This document shows positions 15,001 through 30,000 of a stretch of 64,000 nt of DNA, piece after piece. Source of the stretch: Oopsacas minuta. Its lineage: Eukaryota > Animalia > Porifera. The position numbers and the translations under genes are program-made. The notes under the pieces are model-generated. The model was not told the origin of the DNA. It saw only the letters and a list, made by a program, of their open reading frames with translations, and ran no database searches. The stretch covers positions 186,001 through 250,000 of the forward strand of contig JAKMXF010000333.1 in the NCBI GenBank assembly GCA_024704765.1, read 5' to 3'. The first letter of the stretch is position 1, and every line of letters begins with the position of its first letter.

Positions 15001-18000
15001 CGCTTGCTAATTCTGCCCTCACCACCTTCTTAAGAATCTTGTCTAGAGGTATTACAGATGTTTCTGGTAATCCAAACAACAATACATTCATTTTACCAGT
15101 ACAAACCTATTTCGGTGATAGTACTCCTCCTTCTCTCACTGAATTTTCGTTAGATGCAGATTCTGGAGTTATCATACTTACCTTTAACGATATTATTCTT
15201 CCCAGTACATTCCAGCCTGACCGTATCACTGTTCAAAACAATGGCTCTCTCAGTAGTAGTCTCCCTGACAACCTCAAATACACACTAACTGGCGGAACAA
15301 CTAACAGTCCTAATGGCTATATTGTGAATTTCAATCTTACTGAGTTAGATTTCAATATTCTCAAAGCTAATCCAGAAATAGCTCTATCTAAAGATAATAC
15401 TTATCTTTGTATTACAGCAGAGGTGATATCTGACACAGCAGGAATCAATGCAATCGAGAATTGTCTTCAAGTTACTAATTTTACTGCTGACAATACACCA
15501 CCAGTGCTTCTAGCATTCACCCTGGATCTAAATATCTTTGAACTAACATTTAGCTTTTCTGAATCTTTGGATCCTGATTCTTTCCAGCCTCAACTCATCA
15601 CTCTATTGAATAATGTACAGAGTACTTTATCAACAGAGAATATCTCTCTTACCTCCGGACTCCTCCAACCCACTTCTCAACCCAATATCTACTTTGTTCA
15701 GATATCTCAATCAGATATAGATCGGATTAACCGACTCGCTGATTTAGCTACCATTAATTCTGATAATACTTACCTCATTGCCGGTTATAATGCGGTATCT
15801 GATGTTAGTGGTAATCCTCTTGTCGCCGTCGATCCAGAATCTTCTCTTAATGTGACGGGATACATATTCGATTTGATGCCACCAATTCTCAATAGCTTTA
15901 CAATTGATCTAAACACTGGCATTATAGTTATGTCATTTAACGAAGTTATATCTGCTTCAAGCCTTGTGCAGTCTAGAATAATCCTACAAGAATCTACCAT
16001 TTCTATTGATTCGTACACCTTGATCGGTGGAGGTATTGTTACCGATGTTAACGACGTTTTTGTTGAGTTTACTCTCTCAAGAGAAGATCTAGATCAAATC
16101 AAAATCAGAACTAACCTCATTACCAGTATTTCAAATGCTTATTTGCGACTTGATATTGCATCTGTCTATGATGTGCATGGTAACCCGAATGACGCTATTC
16201 CAGATGATTCACCTAGCCCAGCCACTGAAGTTCTTGAAGATACTACTAGTCCTGTTTTAGAAGACTTCTCTCTGGATCTAAACAACAGTGAACTCATCCT
16301 CACATTCTCTGAAGCAATTAATGTTTCTTCTATCAATTTGGAAAATTTCATCATTCAAGATAAGGGACAATCTGTCCAGCTTACTTTAATTCAGCTCACT
16401 GCACCAAGACTACAACCTACGGTAGATGCGAGGATCGTTCCTATTTCCCTTAGCAGCACTGATACTAATCGTTTGAAGTCTAACTCTGATATTGCTACAA
16501 TGGCAAACAATACCTTTATTTCTATACTTCCTGATGCAGCTCGAGATATGTCTGGCAACTTTCTTGAACCTATTAGTGGATTTGAGGAAATGGTTGTTAA
16601 TGTATTTACTCCAGATTCTAAATCCCCATTAATTGTCAATTTCGAATTTGATATTAATTCCGGTATCCTACGCATAACCTTTGACGAAGTGGTCCAATTG
16701 TCTACTTTAAATATTGCAAAGTTCTCCCTTGACAATCGTCCATTAACCGATGCATCTGTGGTTCTCAATGGAACAGTAGCTAGTGCTAATAATATCTATG
16801 TGGACCTATTCCTGTCCTCTGAAACTCTTGATGACGTCAAATCTAACACTCAACTGTGTACTCCTCCTTTATTCTTTTGTACTCTGTATTTCCAAGAGAA
16901 TGCTGTTTATGATTATACTAACAATTCACTTCTATCAGGCTTCCAACTAATATCTGATTCTGATCTCACTCTTGATACCGAGGGGCCGATCCTAATTGAA
17001 TTTTATATATCTACTGACGAATTTAATGTTGGAACAGCTGACCACTACACTTTAACCTTACTATTTGATGAAGTGATTGATCCCAGCACTCTTGACATCA
17101 CCAAGGTTGTTATTCAGAGCAACTTTAGTGGTAATTTATCCTATGCTTTCAGTTATTCAAGCACAGTCCTAGCAAGTATATTTACTACTACAGTTCCTAT
17201 TTCCCTTAGTTCTGATGACATACAACAGATAATCGCTAGGGATCCGATAGGAAATACGATATCTACTACCTACATTAACCTGGTTACAAATGCTACGGCG
17301 GATACATCTGGGAATCTTAATTTGGATACAACTATCCTGGTTACTAGACACACAGCAGATTTTATTCAGCCCGAGCTTATTAGCTTTACAATTGACATGA
17401 ATACTCCACTTATTATTCTAAAATTTAGTGAGAGGATAAATTCCTCTACTGCTCAAATATCTTTGTTAACTCTCCTTGATTCCCCTTCCTCAACTAATAC
17501 GTTTTCACTTCTCAATAGCTCTATTCAAAACGGAGATGTGGTTATTCAGATCAGTAATTTGGATCTCGTTCAGATTAGGAGACTTGCACCTCTCTTTTCT
17601 TCCCAATTCACTACATTTATTAATCTGGAGACGGGATTCGTTTTAGATCACAATGGTATTATATCAAAGCCAGTAACTAATCGCTTGGTAGACATTTATG
17701 TTATTGATGTAACCTCCCCAGAATTGATCCGATTTGACTTTCTATTTAACGAGACTAATGCTAGGCTTTATTTGGTATTTTCTGAACCAATAAACCTCAC
17801 ATCTCTTGACCTACAAGCCTTTTCTTTTCAACATTCCAGTAATGATGATTCCCTCTCTTATTCTCTGACTTCTACGTACGCTACTCCTGGAATTGATACC
17901 AGTATTCAAATTACACTCTCTGAGATAGATACACAGAATATACAGAGCATTTCTAACCTTGCTACCAATGAGAACAATACTTTTGCATCTGTGAATGGAA

Positions 18001-21000
18001 ACCTTGCACTAGATATTGATGGTAATCTTTTCCAGCCTATTTTTAACTTTGATGCATTACAAGTAAATATCTTCGGAGTCGATTTAGAGAGACCCACTCT
18101 TCGGAGCTTTGATATCGATTTGAATTCAAATATCCTTACTCTCTATTTTGACGAAACTATGTCAGTATCAAGTCTCAACATAACACAGTTGTACTTACAA
18201 GATTCTGTATCTACAATAAACAGAATATCACTACAAGATAGTTTTTCTGCTAGTCTTGACAGTGCCGTCATCCTCATTTCACTCACTTCGAACGATTTTA
18301 ATCGTCTAACAAGTGTTCCCATATGCAGAACTAAGTCAACTTGTTACATTTCTTTTACTGCTGATATGATTACTGATAGTTCTGCACTACAGATTCAACC
18401 TGTAATTGATGGCGCAGCTGTTAACGTTGATATGTATACACCCGATACTATCCCCCCGTTCCTCCTAGAATTCGTTGAGTTTAATCTCGCTTCTGGTTAT
18501 CTTGTTCTTGAAATCTCAGAAACAATTAATGCTAGTTCTGTTGATCCAATATATCTGACTCTACAAACTCTCTTCACTGATCCTCTCCAATTCTATACAC
18601 TCACCGGTGGCAATGTTTCAACTACTAACGGTACACAGTTACTGGTACGTATGAACACTGCTGATCTCCTCGCCTTGCAAAGGAATGAACATATATGTAC
18701 ACAACGTGGAAACTGTTACGTATCTCTTGCTAGCTCATTTTTGAGGGACATTTTTGGCAATTCTATCTCACAGGTTGAGTCTGATCCTCCTGGATTTATT
18801 GTTACTAAATATGTAGAAGATAAAGAGAATGCGTCATTGATATATTTTGACCTTGATCTTAATTTAGGCCAACTGTCGCTATTCTTTGACGAACCAGTTA
18901 ACCCACTCACTTTGATGACGTCAGCAATTGCTCTTCAATCTAGTCAAACTTTAACTGAATCTATTCTTTATTACAGACTAACTGGTGGAAGAACAGACAG
19001 TCCAATAAGTTCAAATATTTTGATACAACTAACTCTATTGGATATTAATGGGATTAAGGCTCTAGACATCGCTACTATTAAAAATGATACCTATATCCTC
19101 TTAGATAGTATTGTGATTCAAGATATGGCAGTAATACCGAACAGTGTTAATAGGATAGCGGATGGAGGAGCTATTCGCGTATCTAGCTACATTCCTGATA
19201 CCATTAGGCCAGAATTAATTGACTACCAACTAGATCTTAATCTTGATAGTTTGTCACTTACTTTCGATGAACCTGTGCGTCCATCCACTCTTAACGTCTC
19301 TCGTATCTCCTTACTAGTTGGTATTACTAATCACACATTACTTGGAGGGGAATTGAGTAATAATAGCAGAAGTGCAGGAATACAAATTGTTATTGTTGAA
19401 CTCGTGGCTCAAGATATTTCTGCTATTAAATTGGCTGACTCTACCCCTAATACGGTACAGCTGAGCATTTATACCAATGCTATTCTTGATATGGCCTATG
19501 TACCCAATGCAGCTCGCTTTGCATTTACTACATCCGTGCTCTCAGAGGATATTTCTCCTGCTATACTCACGTCATTTTCTTTGGATATGAATGCATCGAG
19601 TATCATTCTGACATTCTCCGATGTTATTGATGCTAGTTCTGGAGATATACGATTTATTCGCCTCCAAGATTCTACAGGGAGCAAATTCTATAATCTGGAA
19701 GATTCAATAATTGTCCCTATTGATAGCCACATTATTTCTATTGATCTCTCTCCTAATGATTTCTACAATGTTAATCTGATTTTCGGGTTAGCCATGGATA
19801 TTAACAATAGCTATCTAACTATGAAAGCTAAATCATTTAACGACTATGCTGGTAGAGATATCATTGCAATCACTGAAGATAATATTATCCAAGCTTCTAC
19901 TTTCATTTCGGACTCTGTTACTCCCAAGCTGGTTAGTTTCTCTCTCGATCTTAACAAAGAGTTGCTCAACCTTACATTTACTGAAGCTCTTAATGTTAGC
20001 ACTATAGACATAAGCCAGGTTAGACTCCAGTCGGATAATGTCAGTTCAATTGCTGTAGATCTAACTAAAGGAAGTTTAACCACAAATACCAATGGAATGA
20101 TAATTGTAATTCAGTTAACCAGAAATGATATTGATAATCTTAAAACTAATGCTACTCTCGCTACCTCTGAGAATGATACATATATATATTTACCTCAAGG
20201 CTTTGGGTTAGACTTTGCTCTCAATGAGCTCCCTTCAACTCTTCAACAGGTTGACATGATCTTTAGAGATACAATTCCACCTGTATTATTGAGATTCGGA
20301 GCTGATTTTGATTCGGGAGATATTACCTTTACCTTTTCAGAACCTATTGATACACAGACTTTCAATTCTCGGGCTATAACAATCCAATCTCTTTCTAATT
20401 CTTCGCTTATTAGTATTACCCTTTCTGGCGGTAACTTCACCTTAATTGCTAATAACATTGTAGAATTAAGTTTTGAGCTCACAGATTTGCTTAGGATTCA
20501 ACTATCTACAGATTTAGCTTCATCTCGAGAGACAACTTATGTTAGCTTCAACTCATCGTTTATCTCAGATATTATTGGAAATTCTATTATACCTATACTA
20601 GCTACTTCTGCTCAATTAGTGACCTACTTTACTTCCGATACCACACCTCCCCAGTTAATTTACTTCTCACTTAACATGGATAGTAGAATACTAACTCTTG
20701 TATTTAACGAAATAGTGAATAGTGAAACTGTAGTTTCTTCTCGTATTACTATATCTGATAGTTTATCTCCTCTACAAACTGTTACACTCACCAATGCTAC
20801 TTATATTTCTCCCAATAACCTTTCAATTGACCTTGAACTCTCTGATAGTGATTTCAACATAATCACTTCTCTCAACCAAATCGCCATCTCAAGAGAAACC
20901 ACATTCCTAAGCATATCATTTGATGCTATTCGGGATATGAGTAATAATGCTATCTTGTCAATTCCTTTCTCTTCTGCACTACAGGTTTTCATGTTTATAC

Positions 21001-24000
21001 CCGATGCTACAAGCCCTATATTAAGGAACTTCTCCATCTCACTCAATGATTTATCTATAATATTAACATTCTCAGAAACGGTTGACTCATCTGCTCTAAC
21101 TCCCTCACTTATCACTCTATTTAGTAGTGTTAACATACTAAATGCAACTTCCTTCATTCTCACTTCGAATACAACATATGACTTCTCTTTATCCACTGAA
21201 GTTGAGTTGATTCTTTCTAATCAAGATGGAAATACTATCAAAAACATCCGAAATCTTGCGACAAATGTCAGCAACACTTTCATTTCTATTGCATCAGGTG
21301 CTATCAATGATACCTTTTCTAATCCTCTCTTGAGCTTATCTACCCCTCTACCACCATATTTATTCACTCCTGATACGACTATGCCCGCTTTAACAAGTGC
21401 AACTCTAGATATGAATTCAGGAATACTAATCTTGCTTTTCAGTGAAACTATTAATGGAAACTCTCTCAATTCCAGTTACATTACTCTCACAATTGACAAT
21501 ACGACAGTTTCACCGAATTATACGCTGCAAACGTCTTCCAATTCTCAATTTAATAGTGATAGAGTTGAGGTATATATCAGCGATTTAGACCTGAATTTCA
21601 TAAAGTCAATAGATCTTTTAGCAATGAGTTCAGAATCATCACGAATACATCTTGCAGCTGGTGCAGTTCGTGACATGGCCGGAAATTATAATGGCATTCA
21701 AATGACTACTCAATCTTTGTTTATTTCTGATATCACATCTCCTTCTATCCTCAACTTTACTCTTGATATGAATGTAGGTGTACTCAATGTAACCTTCTCT
21801 GAAACCATTGAATCTCTTAGTGTTAATCTGCCCTCACTTACACTCCTGAATCTGTTATCTCCTGGCTCGCTATTCTCTCTAACCAGTGGAAATTTCTATA
21901 TTTATCAATTTAGATATATGACTATTCTCTTGAATTCTTCGGATTTGAATTCTATCAAGCTCAACCGTCAGTTAGCATATAACATAGAATCTACCTATAT
22001 TTCTATTCGTGATTCTTTTGCAACAGATAAATTCTCTAATGCTGTCACTGAAATATTAACAACTACACCAGTCCTTGCTGCTGATTTCGTCCCCGATCAA
22101 ACACGTCCTACTTTAACAAACTTTACCATGGATGCCTCCTTTGGGTTAATAATACTTTCGTTTGATGAAGTTGTCAATATTATTGGAACCTTTAACTTAT
22201 CAGACATAATTCTACATGATGACGCTACCGACCCTACGGTAATGCATCGATTGATCAACAGTAGTGCCCCTCTCCTTAACTCTGACACGCTAATTGTAAC
22301 TCTAGGTGTTTTTGATAGTAATCAAATCTCTATCAATCGGATATGTCTCACGTCATCAAATTGCTTCATTTCATTTTCTAGCCTTCTATTGCAAGATATG
22401 AATAACAATAGTGTTGTAGGTCTCACTGCACCTGAAGGTTTTACTGTTTTTATAAATGACACTCTTATGCCCACGTTATCTCAATTCATTGATATCAATC
22501 TCAACACTGGCCTAGCTGTTCTAAGTTTCTCAGAAACAATAGATATTACATCATTTAATATTTCAGCAATTACGTTTTCAGCTGGATTTTCTCCATCTTC
22601 TTCTCGAGTAACTCTAACTAGTGGGGATATTCTATCTAATAATAGTAATATTGTTACTATCTTGCTAAGTAAATTCGATTTGGGTGAGATTAAACGGACT
22701 CCAATCTTGTGTACCGTCCGAGAACTATGTGCTATTCTGTTTTTACCGAACTTTGTCAGAGATCTTAATGAAAATGAATTTTCAGACCCAATAAACCCCG
22801 CTATTTCAAGTATTCCTCTTGTATTTTATGAAGATAATCTTCCTCCAGTGTTATTGTATTTCGATCTTGATATGAATACAGGCTTGTTACTACTTGAATT
22901 TAATGAACCCATTTTCGGACTGACTCTCAGCTCTAATCTTGTTACTTTTCAGGACGATGTAACTAGTTCAATATCATTTGATCTTACTGGAGTTGTTTCT
23001 GGTATTACAAGCACAAACCAGTTTAACATAAGTTTTCTGATATCTTCTAGTGATCTTATTGCTTTAAAATCCATCCCAGGCTTGTTAACTTCTATTAATG
23101 ATACATTTATTACGTTTGATGCAGATCTTATTTCTGATGCTACACTGAATAGCATTGAGCCTCTCTTGGATGGTGATGCAATACAAGTTCGAAATTTTCT
23201 GCCTGATACTTCTCCACCCCAACTTTTCAGTTTTCCAACATTTGATCTTAATTCAGGCTTTATGGTGATATTGTTTGATGAACCAGTTAATCCCTTCTCT
23301 TCGAATTCTTCCTTGTTTGTGTTAGAAAACTCAGATGGAAGCATTAATTACACATTTGAAGCTCTAACGGCTTCATTTGCATTTGACAACTCTTCTGTTC
23401 GGTTTGATTTGTCTCTTCAGGATATTAAACAGATCAAATTAATATCTGGATTAGGTGACCAAAGAGCCAACGCTGTTATCAAAGTATTGCCAGCTGCTAT
23501 TAGAGATGTATCTGGAACCCTTTTAGCAGTTACGAATCAAGTCGGAGTTATAACATTTGAGCCTGATGTCTCTAATCCAGAATTATTATATTTCGATCTG
23601 GATATGGATGAAGGAACTTTCTTACTAGAATTCAATGATATCATTGACAGTGCAACTGCCATGCTTCCTCAAATTACCTTTCAATCTTCTCTCCTCGTTC
23701 CTACTGAATATACCCTGACTGGAGGTATGGTTACCAGTGGCTCTGACTACAATTTTACTGCTTCACTCTCTTTTTATGATCTCAACCAGATTAAGCGATT
23801 ACAGAACTTATCCACAAATAAGGATAATACTTATATCTCTGTGACAGGAATTCTTTTGCAGGACATCGATGGTAGAAATATTCTTCCTAGAACCACTCAA
23901 GTGAGACAATTCATCGTAGATTCAACACCGCCTAGGATAGTCAACTTTACCATTGATGTTAATGCTGGAGAAATTGTTTTTCAATTTTCTGAGCAAGTTA

Positions 24001-27000
24001 ATATCTCTACTCTTCTTGTCAATGAACTAACATTACAGAGTTCTGTTAACAGATCTCAGTCAGAAGAGTATCTTACTCTAACGTCTGGTAACTCAACTGG
24101 TATGACAGCCTCTGATTCTGATCACATCGTTTCCATAACTTTATCTGATTCAGACCTAAACTTTCTCAAGAATCTAACATTATTATGGAATACTACAAAC
24201 AACACATATTTATCACTGACTAGTTTATTCATCATGGATATGATTGGTATAAATATTGAGCCTATTCTTCCTCAATATGCGCTTCAGGTCTCTACAATAT
24301 CTATTGATACCACTCAACCGCAACTAACCTTGTTCAATTTCGATCTTGATTCTGGGGTTCTTGAATTAGCTTTTGATGAGACCATTGCAGTTCAAACCCT
24401 TACGACTAGTCTTATTGCTCTTTCTAACACTACCTCTGGACCACCATTTTTCTATTTCACCTCTGACACTAAGCTAATAACCAATACCCTTAGTACTGTT
24501 GCTCTTCAAGTTGGTAATAACGACCTGAATATGATAAAAGAACTTGGGAATTTGTGTAAGATGAATACCACAACTTTCCTCAAGGTGTTTATGGCTGTAA
24601 TTGAAGATACTAATAGAAACCCTGCTTTAGAATCTTCCTTTCTCCCAGTAAATATATATTTTCCAGATATTTCTCCTCCTATTCTGATTAGCTTTTCTCT
24701 GGATCTAAATTTAGACCTAATATACTTAACTTTCTCAGAAACAGTAAGAGGAGACCTTATTAATTCGTCCTACTTCTCTATTGCACTTGTTGATCCTTCA
24801 AGTCTCAATGCTACTTCATTTATTTCTCCTGGAAGTGCTCTTATTCTAGATGGAGTTATCATTATATTAAATGGTCTGAAGGATATATTGGATGTATTAA
24901 TAGATCTTATTGAAAAGCTGCGTTCTCTATTCCCAACACATAATGAATATCCAAATGTGAACATATTTGATTTATTCCTCACTGGTTTACGTATTATAGC
25001 ATTTTCAAATGCTACTTCTGACCATTTTTCTAATCCCCTTATTGCTATTCCTATTACAAATTCCCTCGAGGTAACGCTTGTTAATTTTGATGTCATAAGA
25101 CCCTCTCTATCTTCGTTTGACTTGGATCTGAATCAAGGTTTGATATCTTTTTATTTTGATGATATCATGAACATCGATACTCTTGAGATTAGATCGGTTA
25201 AACTTGTTTCTCCATCTACAAGTGAAGTCATCTTAACTTCTGGTACAGTAATTACTGCGACTACTAGAAATATTCAAGTCTTAATGAATAGGGCAGATCT
25301 AAATCTTGTAAAAGATGATCGCACTCTAGCTACCAACGAGACCAATTCATTCATATCATTTCCTGATACTTTTATACGAGATTTATTCGGAAACTCTATT
25401 AATTCAGAATCTCTTTCTGACCTTATTGGGGTTTACATACCTGACACTACAGGTCCTCGGTTTGTCTCGTACACCTTCCAAATGCCAATTTCTAGCAGTG
25501 GTCATCGAATACTTCCACTCTATATTATCCTTACATTCGATGAAGTTATTGAAATATCTACCTTTGATGTATCAAAAATTTCCTTTTATGACAGAAATGA
25601 CTCTAGCTCTAACCTATCTATTGCTCTGAACACCAGCATGGCAACATTAATCTCTCCAATCCAAGTACGAATCAATATATCTAGGAACGATATTGCTGAA
25701 TTTGTTCTTGCATCTCCAATTGGTTTGAATGAGGAGACCACCTATCTATCTCCCATGATTAATTTAGTACAAGATTCATCTAATAATGATTTCATTTCTC
25801 TTCTGCCATACCCTATCCTATCTACCTTCTACACAGCTGATTTGAACCGACCTACTTTAACAAGATTTGACTTAGATATGAACAGCGCTAAACTCACACT
25901 TACTTTCTCAGAGGATGTTGACCCGTCCACTCTCAACCCAAGCTCTATTACTGTCTTCGGAAATCGGAATGGATCTTCTAGTTCCATCACTCTAGACAGT
26001 CTAACTATATTTACTCTAACCGATAACCTAGCAATATTCACTCTAGAATCTAATGATTTCATACAACTACAGTTGATGAATGAAATTGCCTTATCCTCTG
26101 ATTCAACATTCCTTTCAATTCTTTCGTCACTAGTTCAGGATTATGCTGAAAACTCTGTTGTGGCTATACCTCCTAATTCAGTCCGACAAGTATCTACCTT
26201 TACTCCTGACTATACCAGACCTAGCCTTGAATCATATTCTTTGTTCTTATCTGAAAGTTATCTCCTCCTTTCCTTTTCTGAGCCAATAAATCTCACATCT
26301 TTTGACCCCCACTATCTACAATTCCAGAATGATAACTCAAATCCTACCTCCTCCTATACAATTACAGGAGGGACCTACTCCAGTCCTAACGGCATAATTG
26401 TCATATTGAATGTAACCTCAACAGATCTCAATTCCATCAAATCATTTCCATTCCTTCTCATCAACAAACAAACGACATTTTTATCAATATCATCTGATTT
26501 GATCCTAGACAACAGTGGGAATCCTGTTGAACCTATTCTTATTAATAATGCTTTACAAGTGACATCAATAATTGCAGACATTATTCCACCGTCCTTACTG
26601 AACTTCACCCTAGATCTTAACACAGCTAATCTCCTCTTACTTACCTTTAGCGAATTTATTAACATATCATCATTTGATATCACTCAGATATCTCTACAGT
26701 CAGCTATTTCTAGTAACATTACTGTACAACTTACAACACCTGCTAACCTAGAGTTGAACTCATTTTTACTGACTATAGTTGTTAATCTTGGAGATATTAA
26801 TAACCTGCGTTTACAACCAGTTTGTAACAACAGATCAGATTGTTTTATGATATATACCAATGAGACTGTCTTAGATTCATCTGGTCTCAATATTATTGGG
26901 AGAAGAAATGGAGATGCTCTACAGGCTTACCAAGTAATTCAAGATATCTCTTCTCCATCTCTAACCACGTTTGATACGCTTGATCTATTGAATGGTGTCA

Positions 27001-30000
27001 TCAAGCTTATCTTTTCTGAGCCCGTAGACATCTATTCCATTAATTTGACTGTTATTACTCTCCAATCATTTTTTGAAAATCCCCTTTCATCTTACAGATT
27101 AACAGGGGGAAATTCAAGTATAACTCCAGATGAGTTGAACGTATCAATTTCTCTCAATAATGACGATCATATAGCAATAAAAAATGCTGACGAACTCTGT
27201 AGAACTCGTGGTTCATGTTATATCTCTGTTCCATCACATTTCATTACAGATGTATTTGGAAATGTATTGATATCGATTCGCTCTGGACCACCCGGACTGA
27301 TAGTTCAATCTCTCATTCAAGACACACTCTCACCAATTTTGACAAGATTTGACTTGGATCTTACTCTTGAAATTCTAACATTATATTTTAATGAACCTGT
27401 TGATGTTTCTTCACTCAACACATCTGCGCTCTCTCTGCAACTACGATCAGTTTCTAGCGTTTCTTATACACTAATTGGAGGTAATTCAGATTCTACAGAC
27501 TCTCCATCGCTGATCATTAATTTACTGCGACAGGATCTTAATAATCTCGCAAGAAGTGATATTGCTGATGATAGCAATTCCACATATCTATCATGCACGG
27601 CTGACTTGATCAAGGATAAAGCTTTTGTCCAGAACAATGTTGTTGTTATTGCGATTGACGATGCCCTTCAAGTGACCATCTTCAATTCAGATTTCGTCCC
27701 TCCTGTTCTTACTGAATTTCACCTTGACCTTTCTCTTGATGCCTTAAGCTTCACATTTATTGAACCAGTTCAGTCAACTAACCTAAATTCCTCGCTCATT
27801 ACTATCCATTCTAACGCAACTAGGCCCTATTTTGAGCATGTAGTTATTTCTGGTGCAGTTTTATCTCAGGATGGATCTGAAATTGTTGATATTTTACTAA
27901 GCAACGCTGATATGCAATCTTTGAAGTTGAATAATCAGCTTTCTACGAATATTTATAATACATATGTATCAATTGGCTATGGCTTAGTTCCCGATTTATA
28001 TGACAATTTTAATTTGGTACAGACCTCTCTAATGGCCTCTGAAGTTATTATTGACAATCTAAGAGCTTCACTTCTCTCATTTGTTTTGGATCTTAACTCT
28101 TCACAACTAATTTTAACTTTTACTGACGTTGTTCGCACGACTACTCCTCTTTACCCCCCTGCTATACGCATTCAGTCTGCCACCACTGCTATTGCTGGAG
28201 TTACTACTACTCTCAGCCCTGATAGCTTTACGTTAAGCAACAACTCACATTATCTAACTATTAAACTTGACCCGCTTGATGCTAATAACATCAACTCGAA
28301 TCCTGATCTTGCTAACTCTATAAATGACACTTTCTTAATTGTAAGAGCTGATTTAATTAACGACTACAGGGGAGTTGATATTATCGCTATAACTGATGGC
28401 AATGGACTACAAGCTTCATCATTTATTCCTGATCAAATTATTCCATCACTCCTCCGATTTAGCCTAGACATGGATAAAGGTCTGTTAAATCTGACATTTA
28501 GTGATACTGTGGATCTAGATTCACTTAATTTTACCGGGATTATCATCTATGATAATTTGAATATGACAAGTGTTGCATTGTCTGCCTCTTCCGCAATTTC
28601 ATTCGACAAAACATTTGGTGTCATAATATTCATCAATAATAATGATCTTAACTTACTGAAAGAGAATTTTCTCCTGGCAACCAATGAGTTCAATACATTT
28701 ATAGCGATGCAAATGGCTACTATTAAGGATTTTGCTAATAATTATGCTACTGAAGTTGAATTTACTTCCAGATTTCAGGTTGATTTATTTATACCTGATA
28801 TTACATCACCTCAAATCACATCTGATTCTATAATCAATTTACTGTCTAATGTCATCGATCTCCGCTTTACTGAGACTGTTAACCTTTTGTCAATTGATCC
28901 ACTTTCCTTCACCATCCTCGGGGAGCCAAACTCATTTTTCAACTCTAGACAGCTATCTAATTCTTCCCTTATTTCCACTAGTAATAGCACTTTAATACAA
29001 ATCCAATTAGGACAGGATGATTTGGATGCTATTAAATTAGTATTGTACAATGTCTCTCAGCTTGACTCTGTTGCTTATGTTTCATTTACTTCAGCTGCAG
29101 CTAGTGATATGAATGGGAATTCTGTTCTAGCAATACTTCCCTCTCTGCGTGTTATTTTGATTCCAGATTCATTACCTCCAATTCTGAACACTTTCACAAT
29201 AGATCTTGAGACCCGGGCTTTGGTACTAACCTTCGACGAGCCAGTCATTGCGTCATCACTAAGGATTAATTTCATCTCTATTCTGTCAGAATTCAATGTC
29301 TTCAATCCTTCTGTAACCCTGCAAAATCCTACTGGTACAAGTAGTCAAAATGGAAATATTATTAGAATTGATTTGAGTTCTGATGATTTCAATTCCCTCA
29401 GCCTTCATGAGAATTTAGCTTCCAGTATTAACTCTACATTCGTTTCCTTTTTGAATGGAATGATAAAGGATGTTTTTGGTAACGACATACTCAGTAGTAC
29501 ACTTCAAGCAACACTCCACATCCCAGATTCTACAGGACCTATTCTGACTGATTTCGATATTGATCTGAACTCAGAAATGGTTACGTTATATTTCTCCGAA
29601 ATCGTTCTAGCCAACACAATTAATGTTAGTGGTATTGTGTTACAATCTGGAGTCAACGGATCCCTCCTCTCGTATCAGTTAACTGCTGGAAACTCTTCTA
29701 CACAAGCTTCTGATGTTATTTATATTAATTTAACCAGGACTGATTCAGACGAGATTAAATTCAACACTGGCCTTGCAACTAATGCATCTAATTCATTTAT
29801 CCGTATTTTACCTTACACCGTATTTGATACTAACTCGAATCCGAACCAAATTAATCAATTTGGAATCCCTGTATTGAACTTTGTTCCAGACACTAGCTCG
29901 CCTGCGCTTATCGGATTTTCTCTTGACACTAACGAGATGACATTTAACCTTACCTTTAGTGAAGCTGTGAATTTTGATACTCTTCAACTTAGCTCTCTTT

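Noticed and set aside
24747-24755. RGD tripeptide (TVRGDLINS) in D67
   Set aside because: One or two RGDs are expected by chance in 21,000 aa. It is not conserved in other position-21 domains and lies directly after the core FSE strand.
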